Source: Heterodontus francisci (taxonomy: Eukaryota). Taken from it: a stretch of DNA of 64,000 nt. Both the position numbers and the translations under genes were made by a program. The DNA lies in the NCBI RefSeq assembly GCF_036365525.1, contig NC_090412.1, positions 5,374,123 to 5,438,122 on the forward strand. The letters run 5' to 3'. Every line of letters starts with the position of its first letter. The stretch's first letter is position 1. A model generated the notes under the pieces. It was not told the origin of the DNA. It worked only from the letters and a program-made list of their open reading frames with translations, and did no database searches. Shown here in pieces: positions 45,998 to 57,631 of the stretch.

Positions 45998-46224
45998 CTG
46001 GTTCCTGATCTGAGGGAGCCATTAAGTTCAGACTGGTGCTTCCTTACATAGAGGACAGGAAAATCAGAGCCCACGTCAACATAAACCATCCTCATAGATT
46101 GCACCGTGCTGGCATTTGGTGGTAGCATTTGCAGAACTCTGAGTGTCTGACCACCTTTACAGTGCGAGAACACCAAGGTTACGTAAAGAGTATATGAATT
46201 AATGTTCAGGTGCCTTATGAAGGA

Positions 46225-46585
46225 TTATTGGCTATCCCTTACAGCCGAGGATGATTGTCTTCTATGAGTCTGAAGAGGCCGATTTGGGATCTATAGACTT
46301 TATGGCACATAGGGCATTTGTTGTCATGTGGGATGTCTGGTTGTGTCTTATTAGTTCGGGTCATGGTTTGTTCTTCCCGCCACTCTCGCTTTTCCTCTTC
46401 ATTTTGCTGTCATTGAGTCTCAAAATGCTGGGATCCTTCCCACAGACTCTGCCTCCATCTGGTTCAGTCCAGGCCAATGGTCTCCCAAGAGTCGATGTCA
46501 ATGTTGCATTTCTTCACATTGGCTTTCAGCACACCCTTGAATCTCTTCTTCTGACCTCCTCTTTACTGCGTTCGTGAGTTCTGAA
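46225..46585 (-). mobile_element. RTE LINE 3' fragment (second RTE family)
   Basis: Highly similar to 61250-61600. Confidence 0.85.
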
Positions 46586-46796
46586 GGTCTTTTTAGGCTT
46601 TGAGGGTGGAATTCTGACAGATACTGAAACACAATTCACTGTGGAATACTGAACTCCTGTAATCAGGATCAAGCTGGATTCAGGCTGGTGTATACATTCA
46701 AGGAATTATGTCACAAAGAACGGATGCCATATACTCAATGTGCCTTCTATTCACATCTGAGAATGGGTTTTGAATCTTACAGGAACTGATGAAATG

Positions 46797-47142
46797 ATTT
46801 CTCTCTTTATCGCTCACTCTTTCTCCTTTTCTCTCTTTGTTCTCTTTCTCACTCCCCTTTCTCATGCTTTCTCACCCTTTCTTCCTGTCCCCTTTCCTTC
46901 TCCTCTCTCCTTTTCACTATTCTTTCCTTTCTCCTTTTCTCTCTCTCTCTCCCCTCATCTCTCTCCTTTTCTCTTTCCTTTTCACCCACTTTTCTTTTTT
47001 TCTCTCCTTTTCACCTGTTCTCTCCTTTCCACTCTTTTTCACTATCTCTCCTTTCTTCTCTCTCTCCTTATTACTCTCTCACACTTTTTCTCTAACTCCG
47101 TTTTTCTTTATATTTCTTTCTCTCTGTCTCTCTCTTCCTCCC
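46797..47142. repeat. CT-rich low-complexity polypyrimidine tract (about 345 bp)
   Basis: Almost exclusively C/T on the + strand. Confidence 0.9.
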
Positions 47143-47639
47143 AGCCATAAGGACTATATGCTAACTGAGCAAACCTATCCCTAATTGGCAATCTTACTCG
47201 CAGCCCAAAAGGTCTGTCCCTGGTGAAAACAGTGGATATCTCAGTCTTAGAGTAGGAGTCCAGAAAGAGGTGATTTGGATTCCGTTGAGCGTGCTATATG
47301 CAATCATTATTATTTTTACAATAACTATCCAACAGGTCTCACTAGAGGACACTCCTGTTATCAGGCACTTCTGACTTCTAGTTCGAAGGTTGTTATACTG
47401 TTCATTTTCTATGTCCCGTAATACATTTCAGCCTTCAGTTTGTGCTTATGCTACAAGAAATTTTTATGATTAAAAATAACAGTTTTCAGAAGTACGTGCC
47501 AACTGAAATGGACGAAAGGTATACGATGTCAAGAATGAGGTTACTATGGAGGGAGCCAGGGGTCATGAGGGTATTTCGTGGAGGCAAAATATTTCAGACA
47601 CTGTTTAGGTTCACAGTAATGGAAAGCAAGTAAGAGAGA

Positions 47640-48100
47640 GGATGCTTCAAAATGGAGGCATTCTCTCTCCAACCTTTTTAAAGTTAAATTTTAAAAATGG
47701 CTTTTGCAGCTAGGGCACTAGTGTGGAGGGGAGGAGCCCCTCTACATGGTGTCCTGCAGCTGCTGCAGCACCCAAGCAGGCAAGGAGGGCCTCCAGGTCT
47801 GCCTAGAGTGCTGACGCCCTCTTCCGGTCTGCAGCCAGGAGGCCGCCTCCAAGCAGTTAAACTCTCCCCCCCACCACCTGTGGGAATCTAGAGGCCGACT
47901 GGAAAATCCCAGTTGGCCGCCTTTAATTGGCGTTAAGTGGCCATTGACCACCTGAATCAGCTACCCACCTGCACAAAAATAGTTTGGGAGTGGGATGGAG
48001 CTAGGGAACCGGCACGCTGGCTAGCGGGGTTATTCGGAGCTCCCACCCACCTCCAATCGCGGCCCATTATTTGCCATTGTCTGGCTCGAAGGGGATTCCT
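47640..48100. mobile_element. Partial GC-rich MITE-like element
   Basis: Interior motif ttaattggcgttaagtggcc as in the other MITEs; TIRs not found. Confidence 0.45.
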
Positions 48101-48697
48101 TTTAACAGAACCATGATGTAAATGAGCTTTACTGAAGCACATCTGGGCTTTCTTCATGTAACAAAAAGAATCTGAAGTTTCTGACAGGTCCTGCACTTCC
48201 CTTTTTGGGCCTGTCCTATTAAAAACTTATCACTTTGCAACAAAATGCAGTGAGCCAACAATCAACAGGAGTTTTTGTGAATTAAATGCTTTAAATGCAA
48301 ATACAAAGAGCTATCGAGTGTTAAATGTCACTTGACTTGAATCTTTTCGAAGACTGTAATGTACCCGATCCAAAAATAAAGAAGTTTAGAATTCCCTTCC
48401 TTTGTTCCAAGAAATACTTTGAATTTAAAAATGTTGCTGTGGATTGTCACGATCCCCAGAGTGGGTGATGATATTTTATTAAACCAACCCAGGCACTCTG
48501 TGTTAAATGGCATTGATCTTTCACTTTACTGTTTTCAGTCTTGAGAACCAAACCATTCTCTTAGGAATTCAAGTTCACCTCTCAGGTAGTTTTTCCAAAT
48601 TGTATAATTATCTTGTGTGATGTTCTGTTGAGATAGTCTGGGTTATGGAGCACAGTTAAATCGGACCTGTCCCTTTAAGGCCACTGCTCAAGTACTT

Positions 48698-49612
48698 CAC
48701 AGAATAGCTGACCAGAAGGTCGTGGAGCAAAGGCAAACAGTATGTTAATGGTGTGTTGAAAGACAAAGCATTAGTACAGATAGGGTGTTAACTGACTGAA
48801 TATTGAACAGCCGCAAGTATCAAACATGAAAAATAAAACAGTGGGTAAGCAAACTGAACAAACTAAGATGAAATAAAATAAAATAAACACAAAAAAACAT
48901 TTTAAAAAGGAAAAAAGAAAAAAATATCTAAAAATAAAAGTAAAATGGGGGGCCTGTCATGCTCTGAAATTATGGAACTCAATGTTCAGTCCGGCAGGCT
49001 GTAGTGTGCCTAATCGGTAGATGAGATGCTGTTCCTCGAGCTTGCGTTGATGTTCACTGGAACACTGCAGCAATCCCAGGACAGAGATGTGAGCATGAGA
49101 GCGGGGAGCAGTGTTGAAATTGCAAGCAACCGGAAGCTCGGGGTCCTGCTTGCGGACTCAGCGGAGGTGTTCTGTAAAGCGGTCACCCAGTCTGCGTTTG
49201 GTCTCCCCAATGTAGAGGAGACCACATTGTGAGCAGCAAATACAGTATACTACATTGAAAGAAGTACAAGTAAATTGTTGCTTCACTTGAAAGGAGTGTT
49301 TGGGGCCTGGGATAATGAGGAGAGAGGAGGTAAATGGGCAGGTATTACACCTCCTGCGATTGCAGGAGAAGGTGCTGTGGGTAGGGGGCCTTTGCTCCAT
49401 GACCTTCTGGTCAGCTATTCTGTGACCTTGTCCTATCAACACCTTCTCCTTTGTTATCTCTTGCCCCACCCCCGCTTTACTTGCCTATAACCTTTTACAT
49501 TTCTAATAGTTGCCAGTTCTGATCAATGGTCACTGACCTGAAACGTTAACTCTGCTTCTCTCTCCACAGATGCTGCCAGACCTGCTGAGTATTTCCAGCA
49601 TTTCTTGTTTTT
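48698..49612 (-). mobile_element. 5'-truncated Penelope element with an inverted pLTR (49388-49612, +)
   Basis: Peptide CNRRRCNTC..NVVYCICCSQCGLLYIGETKRRLGDRFTEH (GIY-YIG); 37-bp inverted repeat 48698-48734 / 49388-49424. Confidence 0.92.
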
Positions 49613-50194
49613 AAGTCACCTGACTTGTTCCATTTCAAACTCCAACATATATCTCCTCCCTAGCTCAGCCCCAAAGTCACCTCTATAAGTCAACAGACAC
49701 ATATCAAGCACTGGAGTCAGACCTGGTGCATAAATCTCTTGTGAATAACATGCTCGGGATGAACAGAGCACCCGCTTCTTGTCTCTGAATTTCATTTCAT
49801 TGCCCATATTGCCTAAGAACCTAGCCAATATTCTCTATGAATAAACCTAGTGCCTCCCACCAGCTGGCTTGCTCCAAATCTATGGAAACCAAGCCTTAGA
49901 CCTGGGATAACTCAGTTGTACCTGTGCATTTTTTTGTATGCTGGTTTTTCTGTTTGGATTTTCGGCCCTGGAGATTTGGAAAGGCCTCATTTTTGTACTG
50001 GTGTCTGGTATAAAAACCCCACACCAGAAACTCAGTGATGCAAAGCTCTATGGCTCTGGATGAAGGATTGGACACCATTGCATTAAACTAACTAATCAAT
50101 TTATTCACAGTTTGCCACTCACAGAAGCAAGCAGCAGCAATGGGCTGTTGTAGTCAGTCCAAACAATATCAACTTTCCAACCAGTTAATAAAGT

Positions 50195-50510
50195 GATACA
50201 GCACTGAAACAGGCCCTTTGGCCCACCGAGTCTGTGCTGACCATCAACCACCCATTTATACTAACCCTACATTCCCTACCACATCCCCACCATTCTCCTA
50301 CTACCTATTTACACCAGGAGCAATTTACAATGGGCAATTTATCTATCAACCTGTAAGTCTTTGGCTGTGGGAGGAAACCGGAGCACCCGACAGAAACCCA
50401 CGCAGACACAGGGAGAACTTGCAAACTCCGCACAGGCAGTACCCAGAACCAAACCTGGGTCACTGGAGCTGTGAGGCTGCGGTGCTAACCACTGCGCTAC
50501 TGTGCTGCCC
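50195..50510 (-). mobile_element. HE1 V-SINE, full length
   Basis: Reverse complement of the 44867-45192 family. Confidence 0.9.
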
Positions 50511-50561
50511 ATGAGCTTAATGAAAGGCTTAAACAGGCAAACCTGTCAATTGGACTCATGT

Positions 50562-53030
50562 CATAGAATCATAGAGTCATAACAGCACAGAAGGAGGCCA
50601 TTCGGTACATTGAGTCCATGCTGGCTCTCTGTAGAGCAATCAACCAGTCCCATTCCCCCACTTGATCCCCATAGCCCTACACGTTTATTTCCCTTAAGTG
50701 CCTATCCAATTTCCTTTTAAAATCATTGATCATCTCTGCTTCCACCAACCTCATAGGCAGTGAGTTTCAGGTCACCACATAAAAAAGTTCTTCCTCACGT
50801 GTTAAAGGAAGATCTTGTTTGACCCACTTGATTTAATTTTTTGAAGAAGTTACAAGATAGATGAGGGTAGTGCGATTGATGTGGTCTACATGGAGTTTAG
50901 CAAAGCTTTTGACAAGCTCCCACATGGCAGACTGGTTCAAAAAATAAAATCCCATGGGATCCAGGGAAATGCAGCAAGGTGGATACAAAATTGGCTCAGT
51001 GGCAGGAAGCAAAGGGTAATTGTTGATGGGTGTTTTTGCGACTGGAGTGCTGCTTACAGTGGTGTTCCGCAGGGCTCAGTACTGGGTCCCCTTCTTTTTG
51101 TGGTATATGTTAACGATTTGGACGTAAATGTAGGGGGCATGATCAAGAAGTTTGCAGATGACACAAAGATTGGCCGTGTGGTAGATAGCGAGCATAATAG
51201 CTGTAGGCTGCAGGAAGATATTGATGGTCTGGTCAGATGGGCAGAAAAGTAGCAAATGGAATTCAACTTGGAAGTGTGAGGTGATGCATTTGGAGAGGTC
51301 AAACAAGGCAAAGGAATACACGATTAATGGGAAAATGCTGAGAAGTGTAGAGGAAGTGAATGTACACAAATCCCTGAAGGTAGCAGGACAGGTCAATAAA
51401 GCATATGGAATCCTTTCCTTTATTAGCCGAGGTATAGAATATAAGAGCAGGGAGGTAATGCTGGAACTGTATAACTCATTGGTTAGGCCACAACTTGAGT
51501 ACTGTGTGCAGTTCTGGTCACCTCATTACAGAAAGGATGTAATTGCACTAGAGAGGGTACAGAGGAGATTTACGAGGATGTTGCCAGGACTGGAAAAATG
51601 CAGCTATGAGGAAAGATTGGATAGGCTGGGGTTGTTCTCCTTGGAACAGAGAAGGCTGAGAGGAGATCTGATTGAAATGCACAAAATTTTGAGGTGCCTG
51701 GATAGAGTGGAGGTGAAGGGTCTATTCACCTTAGCAGAGAGGTCAGTGACGAGGGGCCATAGATTTAAAGTGACTGGTAGAAAAATTAGAGGGGAGATGA
51801 GGAAAAACTTTTTCACCCAGAGGGTGGTGATGGTCTGGAACTCACTGCCTGAAAGGGTAGTTGAGGCAGAGACCCTCAACTCATTCAAAAGGAGGATATG
51901 CACCTCACGTGCCGTAATCTGCAGGGCCACGGACCAAATACTGGAAGGTGGGATTAGAATAGGTGGATCATTTTTCAGCCGGCACAGACACGATGGGCCA
52001 AGTGGCCTCTTTCTGTGCCTTAAACTTTCTATGATTCTATCTCCCCTGTATCTCTTGCCCAAAACCTTAAATCTGTGTCACTTAATCTTATTACAGTCAG
52101 CTCATGGGAACAGCTTTTCTTATCTAAACCTGCCATAATCTTGTACACCTCTGTCAAATCTCCCCTCAATCTCCTCTGCTCCAGGGAGAACAGCCCCAGC
52201 TAAAATCCCTCATCCCAGGAACCATTCTGGTAAATCTCCTCCGAATCTCTCAAGGACCCTCACACCCTTCCTAAAGTGTGGTGACCATCAATGAAGCGCA
52301 AGATCCCATATGCTTTGATAGCTACTCTCTCAGTATGTCCTGCCACCTTCAGACATCCATGCACATGAACCCCCAGATCCCTCTCTCCCTGTACCCTCTT
52401 TAGAACTGTGCCATTAAGTTTATTTTGCTTCTCCCTATCCCTTTTGCCAAAATGCATCACCTCACACTTCTCTGCACTAAATTCCACCTGCCACATGATT
52501 GCCATTTTGCGAGCCTACCTATGTCCTGTTGCTGTTGATTGGTATCATCCTCACTCTCGGCCATACCTCCCAGTTTGCTATCATTGGCAAATTTTGAAAT
52601 TTTACCCTATATTTCAATATCCAAGTCATTTATATATATCAAAAAAGCAGTGGTCCTAGCACTGATCCTTGGGGAATACTACTGTCTACCATCCTGCAGT
52701 CTGATAAACAACCATTTACCGTGACTCACAGTTTTCTGTCCCTTAGCCAATTTTTTATCCAAACTGTCATTGACTCTCCTATCCCACGAGCCTCAATTTT
52801 GTTAACCAGCCTTTTATGTGGTACTTTGTCAAATGCTTTCTTAAAATCCATATGGACAACATCCACTGCTTTCCCTTCAACCTTGTTACCTCATCAAAAA
52901 AAAAATTAGATCCGTCAAGCACGATCTGCCTTTTACAGATCTGTGCTCACTCTCTGTAATTAACTCAAATCTTTCCACGTGCCTGATGATTTTTTTCTGA
53001 TTATTGCTTGTAAAACCTTACCCACCACTG
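50562..53030 (-). mobile_element. Older CR1 LINE split by the plus-strand CR1 at 50800-52040
   Basis: ..aagttcttcctcacg | ctcccctgtatctcttgccc.. is contiguous; minus-strand peptide WQVEFSAEKCEVMHFG..ERDLGVHV. Confidence 0.85.
50800..52040 (+). mobile_element. CR1 (HER1-like) LINE with RT domain, decayed
   Basis: Peptides [46 protein letters not shown] and WNSLP; (ttctatga)n tail. Confidence 0.95.
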
Positions 53031-53171
53031 ATAATACACTATAAATTCCACCAGCTGCTCTGGTGAGCTTTGAACTCAAGTCTCTAAAGCATTAGTCCAG
53101 ACCATTAAGATTATTTAAAAAAAAGAACAGATATTTCTCAAAACCCTGCCTGGTCAACGATCTTTCACAGA

Positions 53172-53305
53172 GGCAAAAAAAAACTGCAGATGCTGGAAAT
53201 CTGAAATAAAACACAAAAATGCTAGAAATACTCAGCCGGTCAGGCACCGTCTTTGAAGAGAGAAACAAAGTTAGCATTTCCAGTCCATGACGTTTAGTCA
53301 GAACA
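53172..53305 (-). mobile_element. Degenerate solo Penelope pLTR module
   Basis: Colinear with 54570-54704. Confidence 0.8.
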
Positions 53306-53939
53306 ATCTTTGTTGGACTTAAAAAGGTTTCAGCTGCGTACAAAGTTTGACATTACTTCCATCTCTGTTGCTGTTAGTATTGCAGAAGTAGTGGATCTTT
53401 GTAGCTACAAAACCCTTCGACAGACAGTGACCTTTTGAAAAGTCCGTCTGCAAGAGATTTTTCTGCATTATTTGCCCATAGCGGAGAAGGAAACTGCGGA
53501 TGATTAATTTCCAAGCTCACTTCACTCACCCACTTGAATTTCTCTTCCTTTGCCCTCTCCGACATGGCCTTTGATCTCTTCTACCCAGTCCAGTGAAAAT
53601 TTAAAGGGATAGGATGATTAAACACGTGTCACAATAAGGAGACCAACATATGCAAACCTTTGAGTGCCTGTAAAATACCAGTAGCTAGTACGCAGTGCTA
53701 GATTGCTGTTGTAAATTGATCAAACCATGAAATTGGTGTCTGTTAAATAGAGGCTGTATTATATGAATTAGTGGTAATTTCCTCAGCGTTGGGTTTAAAA
53801 TGAGTTTCATGGATTAACTGGTGGTTTCAGTATCATTAAGTTGCCAGGCGCCCTTACCACTCAAGTTCTCAATGTCCAATGTAAGAATGAATAACAAAGT
53901 CCTAATTAATTTTTTTAAAATTCAGGCTGTAAAGAAGAA

Positions 53940-54355
53940 AAGAAAGAACTTGCATTCATATAGCACCTTTCCCATCCTCAGGATGACCCATAACACTTTA
54001 CAGCCAATAAAGTACTTTTGACGTGTAGTCACTGTTGTAATGTAGGAAACACAGCTGTTAATCTGTACACAGCAAGATCCCACAAACATGGTCAGATAAT
54101 CTGATTCAGTGATGTGAGTTGAGGGATAAATATTGGGGAGGACAGTAGGAAGACTTGCCCTGCCTCAAATAGTACCATAGGATCTTTTGCATCCACCTGA
54201 GAGGGCAGATGGGGCCTTGGTTTAGCCTCTCATCCACAATACAGCACCTCTGATACAGCAGCACACCCTCAGTACTGACACTTTGTGTCAGCCTAGATTA
54301 TGGGCTCAAGTCTTCTGACTCAGCGGCAAAGGGGCTATTTACTGAGCCTTGGCTG
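53940..54355 (-). mobile_element. DeuSINE, near full length
   Basis: Reverse complement of the family sequence. Confidence 0.87.
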
Positions 54356-54563
54356 ATCACTTTCTGTAGGAAGGGACTATAGGGATATTGAGTGATTAGA
54401 ATGAGGGTGTATCTCCATGTTTGAGATAGTAATTGAGGATCTGTGGAAAGAGAAGCCTCAAAATGTTGAATAGCCTTTGATTAGTCCAAGCTTCCATTGT
54501 TTCTTATAATGAAACAACCATCATCCCCAGTTTGGCAGGGGCCATATGGATAAAGGTTGCATA

Positions 54564-54723
54564 ATAATACAAAAGCAAAATACTGCAGATGCTGGAAATC
54601 TGAAATAAAAACAGGAAATGCCGGAAATACTCAGCAGGTCCGGCAGCATCTGTGGAGAGAGAAGCAGAATTAACGTTTCAGGTCAGTGACCCTTCATCAG
54701 AACTGGCAAAGGTTAGAAATGTA
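54564..54723 (-). mobile_element. 160-bp solo Penelope pLTR module with an 18-bp TSD
   Basis: atggataaaggttgcata at 54546-54563 and 54724-54741; the insert matches the PLE ends at 25220-25335 and 49498-49612. Confidence 0.92.
54668..54704 (-). ncRNA. Minimal type I hammerhead ribozyme motif, core intact
   Basis: Minus strand reads AGTT-CTGATGA-A-GGGTC-act-GACCT-GAAACGT-T-AATT: stem I 4 bp, stem II 5 bp, palindromic ACGU stem III. Confidence 0.75.
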
Positions 54724-55411
54724 ATGGATAAAGGTTGCATATTGATGCACCCCTCCATTAGGAGAATCATAAAATACTCTACCTCCCAACTGTACCATCA
54801 GATTTAGTTTTTTAACACAATCATGTTTAAAAAACAATTTCCGTTGCTTTGAACCAAAATATGGCAGATATATTATAAGAAACAAGTTAATAAAGCTTGT
54901 GTCTTATTATTCTTTCAAGCCTAACATATTACCACCAGATGGATATTAAATGGGCAGAGAAACTATTCAATTAAAAAGGATACAACGTTGGCCAAGGAAG
55001 ATTCCACTGTGATAATGTTTTGAATGAGCAGTTCGATGAAAGAAGCCTCGAAATCTGTTTGCAATTTCAGTGGCAAACAGTAACACACGTGTATGATGTT
55101 ACCTTGTCCTCTGTTTTGACGTAGGAATTTAACTTTTTTTTCGTCGCAATTCCCTTAAAATTGGCCAAACTGACACACAAGATCACGGAATTTCAGGCAT
55201 AAATTGGGTTTCCGCCATCTTTTGCGCTAGTTTGAAAAATTGCGCTAGAAGTTGGACCCGCCCACAAAACTGGCCACACTCCCAGATCAAATTAATCACC
55301 ATGGAGAATATTTTATTAAATTTGCTAAGAAACTGCCTAGTGTACACCTATATAACTAGCAGATGGTTCAGGTTTGCTTATTAAAGTTATTAAAAATTGG
55401 GTTACTCATAG

Positions 55412-55781
55412 TGGGGAGGTGGTTGGTATGGTGGTAATGTCACTGGACTAGTAATCCAGAGCCCAGGCTAATGCTCTGGGGGCATGTGCTCGAATCCCAC
55501 CATGGAAGATGGTAAAACTTAAATTCAATTAATAAATCTGGAATTAAAAACTAGTCTGATGGTTACCATGAAACCATTGTCGATTGTTGTAAAAACCCAT
55601 CTGGTTCACTAATGTCCTTTAGGGAAGGAAACCTGCTGGTCTGGCTTACATGTGACTCCAGACCCACAGCAATGTGGTCAACTCTTAAATGCCCTCTGAA
55701 ATGTTGTCAGTTGTCAAGAGCCTTTAGGGATGGGCAATAAATGCTGGCCTAGTTAGTGACTCCCACAAACAAATAAAAAAA
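55412..55781 (+). mobile_element. tRNA-derived SINE sharing its 3' tail with LINE family B
   Basis: Head gtggtaatgtcactggactagtaatccaga..ctcgaatccc; 27-nt identity between 55724-55750 and 15637-15663. Confidence 0.85.
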
Positions 55782-55807
55782 GGTGGTGGACTCTGGTTAA
55801 AATTCAG

Positions 55808-56060
55808 TACATCGGAACAGGAGGAGGCTATTTAACCCCACAAGCCTGTGCTGTCATTCAATGAGATGAAGGCTGATCTGTGACCTAATGTCATCTTAAC
55901 CATCCTTTCTCCTATATCACTTAATACCTGTGACAAACAAAAATTTATCATTCCCAGATTTAAAATTAACAATCGATTCAGCATCAATTGCTGCTTGTGG
56001 AAGAGAATTCCAAACTTTTACCACCCTTTGTTTGTAGAAGTGTTTCCTAATTTCACTCTT
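55808..56060 (-). mobile_element. CR1 3' tail
   Basis: Similar to the reverse complement of 27770-28020. Confidence 0.75.
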
Positions 56061-57631
56061 GAAGCGTCGTTAAAGTGCTTATTTTTTTGTGATAAACCCA
56101 TTTTCAGCTGTATGAATCAAACTGTACCAATCTGCCACTCTTAAATGTATCAAGGGATATTCTTTAAAAGCAAAGTTTAAAAACAAAACTTAGGTTTGCA
56201 AACGCAGCCCGATTGCAATGGGCCATGGCATATTTTACATTCAGCGATTCACAAGCAATTTTGACTGGAAAGTTGAGGGGGATAAAAAAACTTCTCAAAA
56301 CTCGTGCAATTTTGGGTGCAATTTACATCCAGATCACAAAGGGAACTCTACCCATTCATCTTAAAGGGGTTCATGTTTTGCTCAAATAGCAGATCGCAGA
56401 ATGTCACAGCAACACATGAAGCATTCACCCGTCAATATTGCACCTCAGTTCTGCCCTTTACTTTCTATAAGTAAACTTAACATCCAAAGCGTAGGGAATT
56501 TCTCCCTTTGTTGCAATGTTGCAGAATTGCAGTTTCTGACTGGGTTATCTGAGAGTTCCAATAATTGCATGTGGGTTGGGTCTGGATGAAGGAGCAATTC
56601 TATGCAAGATTTGCCACTTGGATTTCATTGTTACAGCAGATTAATAGGCACTGCACACTCAGTTTAGATTTGATACTAATTTTTTAATTTTTCCTGAATA
56701 ATGTGTATGTTGCATCCTTCCCAAGGATTACCTGACTGCCCGAGCAGAATAAGCCCTTATTCACATCAGAATTATTTATAGATCTCTTAAAAAGTGAACT
56801 TGCAGTAATCTCCGTAGCTGTGTTGATCCATCTCTTATCACATACATTTGAAAATAAAAGTAAGATTGACATTTCGATAGCACCTTTCATGACCTAAAAT
56901 TGTGTCCTAAATTGTTTTTTAGCCAATTAAGTACTTTTTGAAGTCCAGACAGTGTTATAATGTAGGAAATGCATCAGCCATGTAACACATAGCAGTGGGT
57001 TCTGGATTGAGAAATGATGAGAGCACGGACTGACCTGTTCATTTACACAATGAAGAACTGCTTGGGCAGTGCAAGGTAGTTACACAGGGGTATTTTGTGG
57101 ATAATAAATTGCACTGCGGTGTAACCTCTATTGATTATTGAGTCAAATTTAACAAGCATGCAAGCAATAGAGGTTAAAGGGATATTCCTTCAAGCCACTA
57201 AAATCACTGTTGCAGTAATTGGGAAGCAAATTGCCAACATAATTTGGGAACTTTCTCCAGCGGGGACTGGTTTTAGTAAATAACCAGTAGGAACTACTCG
57301 AGATGTTCAAGCATTCTGTCTTCAGCATGGAGATAAAGCAGATGGAGCTTTATCTAGAAGTTATTGAAACCTTGTGAGATGTGCATGTCTACCGTCATCC
57401 TCCCTCTGTTTCCCTCCATTCAATCCTCATGGTCGTCTGCTGTCAAAATGTACCTGACAGTCGGACACCAAAGCAGCTGCTCTTCTGCCCATCCACCGCT
57501 TGCTGCCACCAGCCTTTACTTTGCTTACGATATCTTTGCAGTGTTGGTTTATCGCCTCTGACTTCCCACCAGCAACATGACAGGAGACCCCCCCTTGCTG
57601 AAATTCCTGCCAATGGTCTCATTCAGTTTGT

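Noticed and set aside
46770-47184. Phe/Leu/Ser-rich ORFs as membrane proteins
   Set aside because: They are translations of the CT-rich low-complexity tract.
51221-52138. 305-aa ORF as a host gene
   Set aside because: It is frameshifted CR1 ORF2 running into an adjacent antisense CR1.
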